NCBI GenBank assembly: GCA_964628465.1
Contig: CAZVOA010000008.1
Coordinates: forward strand, 41,322 to 105,321
From: an uncultured Pirellulales bacterium
Lineage (GTDB): Bacteria; Planctomycetota; Phycisphaerae; Sedimentisphaerales; Anaerobacaceae
Direction: 5' to 3'
Length of the DNA stretch: 64,000 nt
Shown: positions 1 to 10,001 of the stretch, piece by piece
Layout: each line of letters begins with the position of its first letter
Position numbering within the stretch: position 1 is the first letter of the stretch
Notes under the pieces: generated by a model
Database searches by the model: none
Seen by the model: only the letters and a program-made list of their open reading frames with translations
Told to the model about the DNA's origin: nothing
Made by a program: the position numbers and the translations under genes

Positions 1-1042
1 CACCGATAATACGAAAGATTTTCACGTTTCTGCGCAAAGGCAATATCAGCTCTTTCCAGAGGATTGGCGGGCCGAAAACGCTTATCACGGAAGAATGATT
101 TTTAGAAACTTTTAATTCTTCTTTGATGGCTTCTTTCTGGCGGGATGAAAACAACTGCCCTGTTGCCTGACGAAGCGCAACTTTTCGCACCGTGATAATT
201 GATAAGAAAATCAGTAACAATGATATAACCAGCATTAAAAAAGAGTTTAATTTATAAAACCCAAAAATTGAACTTCCCATACTGCCCGGATTCGTCATCA
301 TCATTGTTTCAGAAAAAAAACAAATATAAGGATTTGGCTGCACCAATATAAATAATAATATTTCTTCCGGAACTGTTTTATATAATTTGGTTAAGGTGAT
401 AAATGAAATATACAAGAAAGGCACTAAACCGAAAAATACCAGAAGTGTCAGAATGGTAATGATAATTACAATGTAGGCTCGCCGGAAGAATATTGAATAG
501 AAAAGACTGAGTGAGCTTACTAAAAGAACTGTTGTAAGTGTCAGGCACATGCTGGAAGTAATAAAACTCCATGGCACGCCGCCAAACATCCTGACTATGG
601 CCAATAATGGCAGACTGATTGCGAGCAGCAGGAGCAGTTGAAGCAATTTACTTAATAGCTTGCCCATTACAATCTGTATGCTTGTTATTGGTGTGGTCAT
701 TAACATGCCGAGAGTCTTGTGGTATATCTCATCACTGATGGAGTTACTCAGCATTACAACAGCGATAATCTGCGCGGCACAAAACTGGAACCAGACAATA
801 TATGTGATAATAATTTTTCCAGCCTGCGCCATTCGGGAGACCTGCAGTATATTCGAACCTTCATATTTCACCGCCAGAATCCATATAAACAATAAAATGG
901 ACAAAAGCAGCGCAATATAGGCAAAACGAAGTACATAATTCCGCCGCTTGCGGCTTGATACGCGAAGTTCCTTATCAAATACCGGGCCGGTAAGCCAGAA
1001 AAAACTAAAAAAACGAATTATAAAATCAAATATCGCAGTCAA
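1..1042 (-). CDS. ABC-2-type double-module permease, paralog 6 of the tandem array (3' end lies beyond the window)
   Basis: My own translation of the minus strand is open from 1042 to position 1. It reads (M)TAIFDFIIRFFSFFWLTGPVFDKELRVSSRKRRNY ... HKTLGMLMTTPITSIQIVMGKLLSKLLQLLLLLAISLPLL ... FGPPILWKELILPLRRN. These are the motifs of the five paralogs at higher coordinates (transcriptionally upstream). It is absent from the ORF track, presumably because it has no in-window stop. The TTG start at 1042 is inferred from the paralog alignment. Codons at 781-840 are out of the family frame (see findings). Confidence 0.7.
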   Translation of the reverse strand, partial: MTAIFDFIIRFFSFFWLTGPVFDKELRVSSRKRRNYVLRFAYIALLLSILLFIWILAVKYEGSNILQVSRMAQAGKIIITYIVWFQFCAAQIIAVVMLSNSISDEIYHKTLGMLMTTPITSIQIVMGKLLSKLLQLLLLLAISLPLLAIVRMFGGVPWSFITSSMCLTLTTVLLVSSLSLFYSIFFRRAYIVIIITILTLLVFFGLVPFLYISFITLTKLYKTVPEEILLFILVQPNPYICFFSETMMMTNPGSMGSSIFGFYKLNSFLMLVISLLLIFLSIITVRKVALRQATGQLFSSRQKEAIKEELKVSKNHSSVISVFGPPILWKELILPLRRNVKIFRIIG

Positions 1043-1058
1043 TGTTGTATCCTGTTTA

Positions 1059-2840
1059 TTAAAAAATATTTTTCCTGAACCTGCATTTTGCTCGCCATGC
1101 GAAAATCAAACCTATGAATGTATAACCCGCCAGGCAGGCCAGCATCCAGGCTGTTGACATAAAAGCGTTGGCATTGAAACTTGCCCAGCCGTAATTGCCG
1201 GTTGATGAGTTTGTATTGGCTCCCATTATTACAATTGCGTGAAGGAATGGATTTGTATCTACATAATATTCTGCGAAATCCCGAGATCCGGATATATGAA
1301 AAAAATCCTCCAATACAAAAAGAAGTAAAGGCACACAAACCCAGATTGTCACTGCAAAGATTAAATTCACAATAACCGCGGTAGTCGTATGTTTAAAACA
1401 CGAACTGAAATACACACCTGTGCAGAAAAGAAATGTCACTATCCATGCAACCAATATTGTTAGCTGTATGACTGATAATGGATTTATAACTACCCCGAGA
1501 CTGAAAATAATAATATGAACAAACAGAAGAATCCAGACTGGTATCAAACGCCTTATTGTCCCGATGTATTTTCCAAATAGAATCTGCCTGTCGTCCAGCG
1601 TTGTCATGAGCAGAATCGGCCATGACCTCGCTTCCTTTTCAGTTGTTATTCCGGTTGCGGTCAGAATTATGGTAAAGAAAGTACCTAAAATCAGGAAAGC
1701 CATAACAAATATTGTATGAATATCAGGATCATCCAACGCGTTTTCTATCGCGCAAAGCCAGTAAATAAAAACCAGAAGGCTTAATACCAGAAAGATACAT
1801 ATTCCGGCAAATATTTTATGCTTTCCAAGCATTGGCATTCTAAGCTCTTTCCAAATAACGGGAGGATCTTTTACCGTTCTTATTTTTATATAAGAATCTT
1901 CTTGTGCAGCAATTGAATCTTTTTTCTGTTTATTTTTCTTTCGTGATAAATATAATTGCCCCGTTGCCTGACGAAGTGCTACTTTGCGCACAAGAATAGT
2001 CGAGATTGCAATAAGAATTATGGAAGCTGCGGTTAAAATACCACAATTCAAATACCATAAAAATTGCGCCGCATCTCTGGAATTCGGAGAAAATAACTTT
2101 TCTGTATTGAAGAAAAACTGAACGTATGGATTAGGTTGTAATAAAACAGGAAAGAATATATCATCATCAATTACACGCTCCCAGTTCGTCAAACCGTAAA
2201 CAGCTATTGATATTAAAGGCATCACAGCAAAAATTACTATTATAGTTATTATAGTTTCAATTATTACGACATAAGCTTTTTGCGAAAATATCGAAAAGAA
2301 CAAACTGAGCGTTCCAATAAATATTATTGTTGCCAAAGTCAGACAAAGGCTTGAGATAATAAAGTTCCAGGGGACACCGCCGAAAATCCTAACTACAGCG
2401 AGCAGAGGCAGACTGATAACAAGCAGTAAAATCAATTGAAGCAGCTTACTGAGCAGCTTGCCCATAACAATTTGAAAACTGGTTATAGGCGTACTCATCA
2501 GAAGGCCGAGAGTTTTATTATAAATTTCATCGCTTATCGAAGTGCTAAGCATAATAACCGCTATAATCTGCGTAGCACAAAACTGGAACCATACGATAAA
2601 AGTCATTATTCCCTGTCCAATCGAAGCCATTCTGGAAGCCTGATACAGATTGTATCCGCTTGTATGAACGCTACTTGCCCAGAAAAAATACAGAATAGTT
2701 GACAGGAGCATGATATACATAAAACGCAAAACATAATTTCTACGTCTCCGGCTGGAGACCCGCAACTCCTTATCAAAAATCGGCCCAAGCAGCCATGAAG
2801 GACTGAATATTCGCCAAATATTTTTCAATGCAATAGCCAT
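1059..2840 (-). CDS. ABC-2-type double-module permease, paralog 5
   Basis: 593-aa ORF with about 12 predicted TM segments. Module 1 opens with LGPIFDKELRVSSRRRRNY and module 2 with PPVIWKELRMPMLGK. It carries the conserved STPITSFQIVMGKLLSKLLQ and the basic tail FAWRAKCRFRKNIF. Its start abuts the stop of the upstream gene (2841). Confidence 0.85.
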   Translation of the reverse strand: MAIALKNIWRIFSPSWLLGPIFDKELRVSSRRRRNYVLRFMYIMLLSTILYFFWASSVHTSGYNLYQASRMASIGQGIMTFIVWFQFCATQIIAVIMLSTSISDEIYNKTLGLLMSTPITSFQIVMGKLLSKLLQLILLLVISLPLLAVVRIFGGVPWNFIISSLCLTLATIIFIGTLSLFFSIFSQKAYVVIIETIITIIVIFAVMPLISIAVYGLTNWERVIDDDIFFPVLLQPNPYVQFFFNTEKLFSPNSRDAAQFLWYLNCGILTAASIILIAISTILVRKVALRQATGQLYLSRKKNKQKKDSIAAQEDSYIKIRTVKDPPVIWKELRMPMLGKHKIFAGICIFLVLSLLVFIYWLCAIENALDDPDIHTIFVMAFLILGTFFTIILTATGITTEKEARSWPILLMTTLDDRQILFGKYIGTIRRLIPVWILLFVHIIIFSLGVVINPLSVIQLTILVAWIVTFLFCTGVYFSSCFKHTTTAVIVNLIFAVTIWVCVPLLLFVLEDFFHISGSRDFAEYYVDTNPFLHAIVIMGANTNSSTGNYGWASFNANAFMSTAWMLACLAGYTFIGLIFAWRAKCRFRKNIF

Positions 2841-4598
2841 TTAATCTAAAATTCTCCTTCGCAAGTGGTTTATTGATAATCTATGAGCAATATAGGCCAA
2901 AATCAAATAAATAATAGAATATATAATAAATGAAAAATGAGATACCATTATTATTTTAATTATGGACAAAGACGCATTTGGGGAATAATCAAATGAATGA
3001 AACATTTCCATAAAACCGCCCCAAACACCAAGAATGGAAGCAGCGGCAAACATAGGGCTTCCAAAATATAAAAATGGAATACAGCATACAGGAATTACCA
3101 GCAACATGAAAATTATCATATTCCATGTCGAGGCTGTACTACTGCGTTTACACATAGAACTAAACATAACACCGATAGAAGATATATACAATGCGCTGCT
3201 TATAACCAAAACAGTCATAGGAATTAGAACAGCCGCTTTGATCATACCCAGCAGAATAAAAATAACCAGATGAGCCGCAAGAAGAGACCAATATGGCCAT
3301 ACCCTTAAACATGAGCCGATTATTTTACCAAAAACAATTTCTTTTGAACTCAGTGAAGTTATAAGCAAAATCGGCAATGTTCTTGCTTCTTTCTCTATTG
3401 TGATACTTGTCGATGCGAAAGTAGATGTTCGAAGCATAGCGATAAAGAAATAAACCAGCACGAAAACAACCTGAGTTATTTCCTCATCCAAAACTTTATA
3501 ATAAATACACAAACTGTAGGCGGTAATTATAAAAGCCGCTGCCATTATAATACTAAAAATAAACGTGAATAGATTGGATTTAATCAGCGGATTCGCGATT
3601 TCTCTCCAAATCACAGGCGGCCAATTTATTTCCCTGATTTTACCCGTAATCAGATCGGAACTATATACTAATTGTTTTTTCTTATCAGCAATTTTGCGTT
3701 CTTTCCTTGTTAATAAAAGTCCTGCCAGCCCGGTTATCTGAAGCAAGCCGACTTTCCGAACACGAAATCCTGAAATTAATAAGACAATCAAAGATAAAAC
3801 CATCATTATAATACAATGCAATATCCATGAACCTGTTCCAACAGGTATTAAAGGTGTCCTCATGGTAGATGAAATAGCTTGCATTTGTATAAAAGGACTA
3901 AGAAGAAATAAACCCAGCTTAGGAATAAACACAGAAATATAATTTTTGCCAAAGTTATTTAATACTATATAAGCGATGAACGGTACAGTATAAATTAAAA
4001 AACAAGTCGATATAGTTTTGCTCAAAGCAAGTTGTGACGATCGATTATTTATGGAGTAAAATAAACTCAGTGAGCCGGCAAAAATCGAACTTGTAAGGGT
4101 AATACAAATACTCGCAAAGACGTAATTACAGGGTACGCCGCCAAATACTCGAACTATCGCTAATACCGGAAAACTTATTGAAATTATTAAAAGCAACTGT
4201 AATAACTTACTCATAAGCTTCCCAAAAACTATCTGAAAATTTGTGATTGGCGTAGTCATTAGCACGCCGAGTGTCTTCTGATATATTTCCTCACTGATTG
4301 CTGTGCTTAACATGATCATTGCAAGAAGCTGTACAACAATAAACTGAAACCATACTATCGTAGTAGTAATATGAATACCAATTTGCGACATTTGTGACAC
4401 TATAAAAATACTTGAATTTTGATCAGAAATATCTGTGAATAAAGAAAAAATAAATGCGGCTAAAACAAGAATATATGCGAAACGAAGAAGATAGCTCCTT
4501 CTTCTCCTGCTCGATATTAACAGTTCTTTCATAAATATCGGCCCGAAAAAACGGCTTGGATTTATGTATTCGAGAATATTTATTATAGTATTTTTCAT
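2841..4598 (-). CDS. ABC-2-type double-module permease, paralog 4
   Basis: The ORF runs to 4664, but alignment with the paralogs places the start at the internal MKNTIINILEYINPSRFFGPIFMKELLISSRRRRSY (ATG at 4598). That start removes a 50-nt overlap with the upstream gene. Second module: PPVIWREIANPLIKS. Conserved TTPITNFQIVFGKLMSKLLQ. Confidence 0.82.
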   Translation of the reverse strand: MKNTIINILEYINPSRFFGPIFMKELLISSRRRRSYLLRFAYILVLAAFIFSLFTDISDQNSSIFIVSQMSQIGIHITTTIVWFQFIVVQLLAMIMLSTAISEEIYQKTLGVLMTTPITNFQIVFGKLMSKLLQLLLIISISFPVLAIVRVFGGVPCNYVFASICITLTSSIFAGSLSLFYSINNRSSQLALSKTISTCFLIYTVPFIAYIVLNNFGKNYISVFIPKLGLFLLSPFIQMQAISSTMRTPLIPVGTGSWILHCIIMMVLSLIVLLISGFRVRKVGLLQITGLAGLLLTRKERKIADKKKQLVYSSDLITGKIREINWPPVIWREIANPLIKSNLFTFIFSIIMAAAFIITAYSLCIYYKVLDEEITQVVFVLVYFFIAMLRTSTFASTSITIEKEARTLPILLITSLSSKEIVFGKIIGSCLRVWPYWSLLAAHLVIFILLGMIKAAVLIPMTVLVISSALYISSIGVMFSSMCKRSSTASTWNMIIFMLLVIPVCCIPFLYFGSPMFAAASILGVWGGFMEMFHSFDYSPNASLSIIKIIMVSHFSFIIYSIIYLILAYIAHRLSINHLRRRILD

Positions 4599-4614
4599 AA
4601 AAATAAAGCTAATC

Positions 4615-6399
4615 TTAAATATTTTTTCTAAACAAACATTTCGCACGCCACGCGAAAATGACACCAGTAATTATATAACCTATTGAAATAATATTCATCC
4701 AATGAAAATAATTAAAATATTTATGAGAATTGCCAGCCCATCTAATGTATTGACGAAATGAAAACATGTCGGATGTCATGACAGTTCGTGTTAAGGTAAA
4801 CGGATTGATATTTATCCTGTTATCCATTATTAATTCAATAAAGAAATATCTTGAAAAACCATAAGGTAAATTGGGAACAATTACTTGAGGAAATATAACC
4901 CATAACGCAAAAATAAATATAAAACACGCAATGATAGCGGAATTTGTGTTTTTAAATCGAGAACTGAAATAAAGACCGGCTCCATAAAGAAATACAATTA
5001 TTCCAATCATGAGGAAGTTAAGAATAAATATCGCTTTTATAGCTTTGTTAAAAATTGTTAAGAATGTACATAGATAAATAAACAGCATAACCCATATTGG
5101 CAAAATTCGCCTTAAAATCCCAACAAACTTACCCGACATAATCTGCCAATCGGACAGCGGCGTCATCAACAGAGAACACCATGTTTGAGATTCCTTCTCG
5201 GAAGCAATACATCTGACAGAAAAGAAAACAGTTGAAAAGACTCCAATTCCCATGAATATATAAAGATAAAAAACTAATACATCCTTATATCCATATCCTT
5301 CGGCTAAATATGGAAATATATACATTGCTACAATCATTATCACTTCAATAATAATTATGATTACAGCGTACATCTTCTCCCTGCTCGAGAATTTAGTTTT
5401 CATCTCTTTCCACGCGATGGCAGGTCCCCAGACACGCCTAATTACGCCGTCACCTTCAGTATTTGTTTTCCTGGGTTCAAAGAATTTATCGCAGAAGGTA
5501 TCTGTCTGTCTAAGAAATCTTTTCCAAATACTTCTTTGCCCGAAAGCATTCGCAAGGGCAATCTTTCTTAGCAACCGGGACGCTATCCATAAAATTATAA
5601 AAGATATTAAAAGAAAAATAATGCAGTATAAAACACATTGCCGGTTCACGTTATTTATACCATATAGACGAGAATTTTCTGTAATACTGCTAAGTAAAGA
5701 AAACGGATTGTTCTGATTTAGAAATGCTTTCGGAACAAAATATCTCTCTCTTAAAAGTCTTGTGAAATTCAAATCCCTTATTCCGTAAAGAAAACTAAGA
5801 ATTGATAAGGTGACAATAATTACGATATAAGTTCTACGGAACAATACAGATAAGAATAAACTTAAAGAGCCTGCAAAAATAACCGCAACCAAAGTTATGG
5901 AAAGGCTTGTCGCAATATAATTCCATGATACGCCGCCGAAGATACGAATTATCGCTAAAAGAGGCAGGCTAATTGATATAAGAAGTAATATCTGGAACAA
6001 CTTGCTTAAAAGTTTGCCCATGACAATTTGAAAACTGGTGACAGGCGTGGTTAAGAGAACTCCTAATGTCCTATGGTAAATTTCATTGCTGATGGAATTG
6101 CAAAACAATATCACTGCTATTAATTGAGTCGCGATAAACTGAAACTGTATTATAGTTACAGTTATCATTCTCCCCGCTTCCGCTTGACGTGATGTTTGAA
6201 ATGTCATACTCCTGTTCAATACTACAACGTTTTTCCATGCAATTGCGACGAAAAATAATAACGCGACAACATAAATTGACCTCAATAAATAATTTCTCCT
6301 GTGCCTGCTGGATACGCGCATTTCTTTATCGAGGAAAGGCCCTGTCAGCCATTCCATGTTTATAAATTTCTTAATCGTATTATTGATAGCAGCAATCAT
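4615..6399 (-). CDS. ABC-2-type double-module permease, paralog 3
   Basis: 594-aa ORF with WLTGPFLDKEMRVSSRHRRNY, TTPVTSFQIVMGKLLSKLFQ, second module GPAIAWKEMKTKF and tail FAWRAKCLFRKNI. Confidence 0.85.
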   Translation of the reverse strand: MIAAINNTIKKFINMEWLTGPFLDKEMRVSSRHRRNYLLRSIYVVALLFFVAIAWKNVVVLNRSMTFQTSRQAEAGRMITVTIIQFQFIATQLIAVILFCNSISNEIYHRTLGVLLTTPVTSFQIVMGKLLSKLFQILLLISISLPLLAIIRIFGGVSWNYIATSLSITLVAVIFAGSLSLFLSVLFRRTYIVIIVTLSILSFLYGIRDLNFTRLLRERYFVPKAFLNQNNPFSLLSSITENSRLYGINNVNRQCVLYCIIFLLISFIILWIASRLLRKIALANAFGQRSIWKRFLRQTDTFCDKFFEPRKTNTEGDGVIRRVWGPAIAWKEMKTKFSSREKMYAVIIIIIEVIMIVAMYIFPYLAEGYGYKDVLVFYLYIFMGIGVFSTVFFSVRCIASEKESQTWCSLLMTPLSDWQIMSGKFVGILRRILPIWVMLFIYLCTFLTIFNKAIKAIFILNFLMIGIIVFLYGAGLYFSSRFKNTNSAIIACFIFIFALWVIFPQVIVPNLPYGFSRYFFIELIMDNRININPFTLTRTVMTSDMFSFRQYIRWAGNSHKYFNYFHWMNIISIGYIITGVIFAWRAKCLFRKNI

Positions 6400-8241
6400 T
6401 TAAATAATGTTTTTCCTGAATCTTCTTTTCGCAAGCCACGCAAACAAAACACCGAAAGAACTGTAAAATATCATAATATAAAAAAGCAGTTTCGTTGTTG
6501 GATACACTTTACTGAAATTTCCCAATAAAGAAAAATTGCTCCAATGATATCTCAATTCGGTAAGACTTAAATCAGCATTTCCGTTACCCCCGACAGCATC
6601 CATAATAGCTCCAATCTGGACAAAAGGATTTAGATAGTAATATAAACCGGAGAAGCTTCTATAAAAACTCGTTAAACCAAAAATCGATGATATTATACTA
6701 ACAATAATCGGCACAAATACCCACACGAAAAGAATCGTAACAAAGCAGCTAATAATTGCCCATGTAGTTTTTTTGTATAATGAACTTAAATAAATACCGA
6801 AGCCCGTAAGAAATACTATCAGACCGGTTAGAACTATTGATATTTGCAGGAAACCTATAGGATGAATGTATCCAACTATGGTAAATAAAATAACGTGCGC
6901 TGCCAGCAACAGCCAGACCGGCAGACATTTATAAAATATACTTAATGCTTTTCCGAATAAAATTTGCCAATCGCTAAGCGGCGTTATAAGTAATATCGGC
7001 CAGGCGGAAGACTCTTTTTCGGATGTGATGCACGATACAGAAAGAACGATATTGAAAATTATTCCTATGATGAAAAACATAACAACATATAATGTGTGCA
7101 CAAATCCTTCTTTAAGGCAATTACTCGCGTAGCAAACAAGATATGTCATGAACAGACTTATAATAGTAACGACAAAACCGATTTTATTATTAGTCCTGTC
7201 AATTCCCTGAATCAGCGGCTTCCTGATTTCTTTCCAGAACACCGGCGGACCGGCTACTTCTCTTATCGAACCTGTATATTCTTCAAGCTTGTTTTTCTTA
7301 TCTTTTGCAAAAGATAACCTTAACCTGGAGAAAAGATCGAGTTCTCCCAAAATCTGCCGTAAAGCGACTTTGCGAACAACTTTAACTGAAAAAGCAAGGA
7401 TAAGAGCGGATAAAATCAACATGATAATGCAATGAACTGGCCAGAAATAAAAAGTCGTTGCCGATGAAGGAGAAAGCATAATAAGAGTATTTATTGACAT
7501 TGTACCGATAGGATTGAAATAAAGAAAGGCATGCAATATTGGGGAGTTGGAAATGCTATTGCCAAAAACTAGTATACTTATCAATATATGACCGAATATT
7601 CCTGCTATTATTATAGGCAAGAAAAAATAAAAAACACCAAGAGCAAAAACTGTTTTAATAATAACAACATAGGAATGGACATTTTTGATGGAAAAAACAA
7701 GACTGATTGAGCCGGCAAAAATCGCCGCGGTAAGAGTAATAAAAAAACTCGATATAATATAATGCCAGGACACACCTCCGAAAACACGTATAACAGCAAG
7801 AATCGGGAGACTTATTGTCAGCAAAATGATAATTTGCAGCATTTTGCTGAACAATTTACCAATTATGATTTGCAAACTATTGATGGGAGTAGTCATTAAT
7901 ACTCCAAGCGTGCGGTGATATATTTCGTCACTGATGGAGTTGCTTAAAAGTATAACAGCCATTATCTGTGCGGCGAAAAACTGGAATAAAACAATAGTCA
8001 TAACAATGCTTTGACCGATTTCCGCAAGCCGAGATTTCTGATATACATTCGAGCCGGATAAATGGTCAACACTGAGCCATGCTGCCCCAACAAAGGTTAT
8101 AAGAAGAATTACATATGCAAAACGCAGGAAGTAATTTCGCCTTCTTCTGCTTGAAATGCGAAGTTCCTTATCGAATAAAGGACCAGTCAGCCAGAAGAAT
8201 CTGAAAAAATTAATAACAGGTTTAACACCAACGTTTATCAT
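6400..8241 (-). CDS. ABC-2-type double-module permease, paralog 2
   Basis: 613-aa ORF with WLTGPLFDKELRISSRRRRNY, TTPINSLQIIIGKLFSKMLQ, second module GPPVFWKEIRKPLIQG and tail FAWLAKRRFRKNII. Confidence 0.85.
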   Translation of the reverse strand: MINVGVKPVINFFRFFWLTGPLFDKELRISSRRRRNYFLRFAYVILLITFVGAAWLSVDHLSGSNVYQKSRLAEIGQSIVMTIVLFQFFAAQIMAVILLSNSISDEIYHRTLGVLMTTPINSLQIIIGKLFSKMLQIIILLTISLPILAVIRVFGGVSWHYIISSFFITLTAAIFAGSISLVFSIKNVHSYVVIIKTVFALGVFYFFLPIIIAGIFGHILISILVFGNSISNSPILHAFLYFNPIGTMSINTLIMLSPSSATTFYFWPVHCIIMLILSALILAFSVKVVRKVALRQILGELDLFSRLRLSFAKDKKNKLEEYTGSIREVAGPPVFWKEIRKPLIQGIDRTNNKIGFVVTIISLFMTYLVCYASNCLKEGFVHTLYVVMFFIIGIIFNIVLSVSCITSEKESSAWPILLITPLSDWQILFGKALSIFYKCLPVWLLLAAHVILFTIVGYIHPIGFLQISIVLTGLIVFLTGFGIYLSSLYKKTTWAIISCFVTILFVWVFVPIIVSIISSIFGLTSFYRSFSGLYYYLNPFVQIGAIMDAVGGNGNADLSLTELRYHWSNFSLLGNFSKVYPTTKLLFYIMIFYSSFGVLFAWLAKRRFRKNII

Positions 8242-8253
8242 ATAAGTAAATAT

Positions 8254-9957
8254 TTAGAAAATATTCTTTCTTAGGTTTCTTTCCGCTTTTCTCAAATAGA
8301 GCAAACCTAAACTACCAACTATCAATATATAGACAAAAGACATTATAAGGCTGTACCATGAAATATATCTTGAAAAACCAGTTGGCCTATACAGAAGAAC
8401 AAAAAACATATTAAACAAAACGTTAATCAAGCCGAAGCCGCCATAAATAATTACGATATAAGTTAGAATAGTATTTACAATAGCCGTTGTTGAACTTTTA
8501 GAGCGAACACCATGATATACCCCGCAACAAGAAACAAAAAAAACAGAAGCTGCTAAACTTATTATTGAAAGAGGTACTTGAATAAGTTTCAGAAAGAAAT
8601 TAACGGAATTATGGCTCATTAAGGTAATGAACGTTGGTATTAGATAAAGAATAAATAAAGGAATATTTTTCAATATTGCAGCTTTAACTTTTCCCCGGAT
8701 AATATCTTTATCATCAATAGGTGACACAAGCAGCATCGATAAAGTGCGTCCTTCTTTTTCACGTGCAATACTGCTTGCTGAAGCCGCCGCAAGTCGAAGT
8801 ATCATAATAAAATATATTGCCAACCTGACAAACGAGCTTATTTGAAGAGGTGCTATTCTGGAAATGTTATAGTATCTAAAAGCCTGGATTGCAGATAAGA
8901 TTAAAGCCAATGCAATTACAATATAGATAAATTTGCTTGTCCAACCCTCACCCAGGAAACCATTATACATTTCTTTCCATATAATCGGGGCGCCTATAAC
9001 TCTTTTAATATTACCCTTGTATTCATAATAATGTGCTACTTCTTCACCTTTTTCATTCCTGATTACTTTCTTTGATTCATTATTTTTATGAATAACAGAG
9101 AAGCTTCTAAGGGCAGCATAACGAACTTTCCATACCGATATTCCAAGTATAATACCGGAAAGACATAATAAATATAAACAATTAATCCCCCAAAAATAAG
9201 CTGGAGTAGAACCTGGAAACATTGTTTGGGTCGCTACAAATAACACCCAGAAAGGATTGGTTGATATCAATGTATCTCGTATTGTTGAAGTGTAACCTAA
9301 TCCTACACCGGCTGACAAAATGGGAAGAAACGCAAAAATAAAAAGATAAATTATAGTTTCAAGAACAATAACACTATAAGCCTGGCGATAAAATATTGAT
9401 AAAAATAAACTTAAAGAACCTGTGAAGATTAAAGCACTTATTGTGACGCATAAACTAAGCACTACATAATCCCATGAGATGCCTCCGAAAACACGAATAA
9501 TTGCCAAAAGAGGTAAACTAATAGCAAGCAATAAGAATATCTGTAATAATTTACTAAAGAACTTACCCGTGACAATCTGGAAACTATTTACAGGCGTAGT
9601 CATAAGGACATTAAGTGAGCCTGTACGTATTTCATCGCTTATCGAAGAACTAAGCATAACCATCGCAAGAATCTGAGAAATAATAAACTGAAACCAGACA
9701 ATCACAATAGTAATTAATCTGCCAATTTCCGCTGATCTTGAAGCCTGATATAAAGGTGAGTTTGGAGTACGAACAGTAATAATGGATGTAAGTGACACAA
9801 ACAAAATAAAGAGGCACAGTAATATAATATAGACTGAGCGAAGAAAATAATTCTTTTTCTTGCGGCTTGAGACACGAAGCTCTTTATCTAAAATCGGTCC
9901 GAAAATCCACACAGGATTTAAATAATCCCAAATAATATTTATTGGTTCCGCTTTCAT
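8254..9957 (-). CDS. ABC-2-type double-module permease, paralog 1 (most divergent)
   Basis: 567-aa ORF with IFGPILDKELRVSSRKKKNY, TTPVNSFQIVTGKFFSKLLQ, second module GAPIIWKEMYNGFLGE and tail LRKAERNLRKNIF. Confidence 0.85.
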   Translation of the reverse strand: MKAEPINIIWDYLNPVWIFGPILDKELRVSSRKKKNYFLRSVYIILLCLFILFVSLTSIITVRTPNSPLYQASRSAEIGRLITIVIVWFQFIISQILAMVMLSSSISDEIRTGSLNVLMTTPVNSFQIVTGKFFSKLLQIFLLLAISLPLLAIIRVFGGISWDYVVLSLCVTISALIFTGSLSLFLSIFYRQAYSVIVLETIIYLFIFAFLPILSAGVGLGYTSTIRDTLISTNPFWVLFVATQTMFPGSTPAYFWGINCLYLLCLSGIILGISVWKVRYAALRSFSVIHKNNESKKVIRNEKGEEVAHYYEYKGNIKRVIGAPIIWKEMYNGFLGEGWTSKFIYIVIALALILSAIQAFRYYNISRIAPLQISSFVRLAIYFIMILRLAAASASSIAREKEGRTLSMLLVSPIDDKDIIRGKVKAAILKNIPLFILYLIPTFITLMSHNSVNFFLKLIQVPLSIISLAASVFFVSCCGVYHGVRSKSSTTAIVNTILTYIVIIYGGFGLINVLFNMFFVLLYRPTGFSRYISWYSLIMSFVYILIVGSLGLLYLRKAERNLRKNIF

Positions 9958-9975
9958 CTTTTATGTTACACGTAA

Positions 9976-9996
9976 GGTGTGCATAGCACACCCTAC
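9976..9996 (-). repeat. GTAGGGTG(C/T)G hairpin repeat, copy 1
   Basis: The minus strand reads GTAGGGTGTGC-TAT-GCACACC: a 7-bp stem and 3-nt loop preceded by GTAG. It sits in the 44-nt gap between the ATPase gene and the first permease gene. It has the same design as the copies at 13122-13143 and 39586-39607. Confidence 0.6.
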
Positions 9997-10001
9997 TAAT
10001 G

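Noticed and set aside
4599-4664. 50-nt overlap between paralogs 3 and 4 as a programmed overlap or frameshift site.
   Set aside because: Alignment of all paralog N-termini places the start at the internal Met (4598). The extension MSFSRGVRNVCLEKIFKISFIF has no counterpart in the other copies.
1-9957. Low GC content of the permease array as evidence for horizontal acquisition.
   Set aside because: The proteins are extremely rich in Phe, Ile, Leu, Tyr, Asn and Lys, whose codons are AT-rich. The array is also tightly coupled to the neighbouring ATPase gene. Composition alone is not informative here, unlike for the soluble ATPase-Toprim protein.
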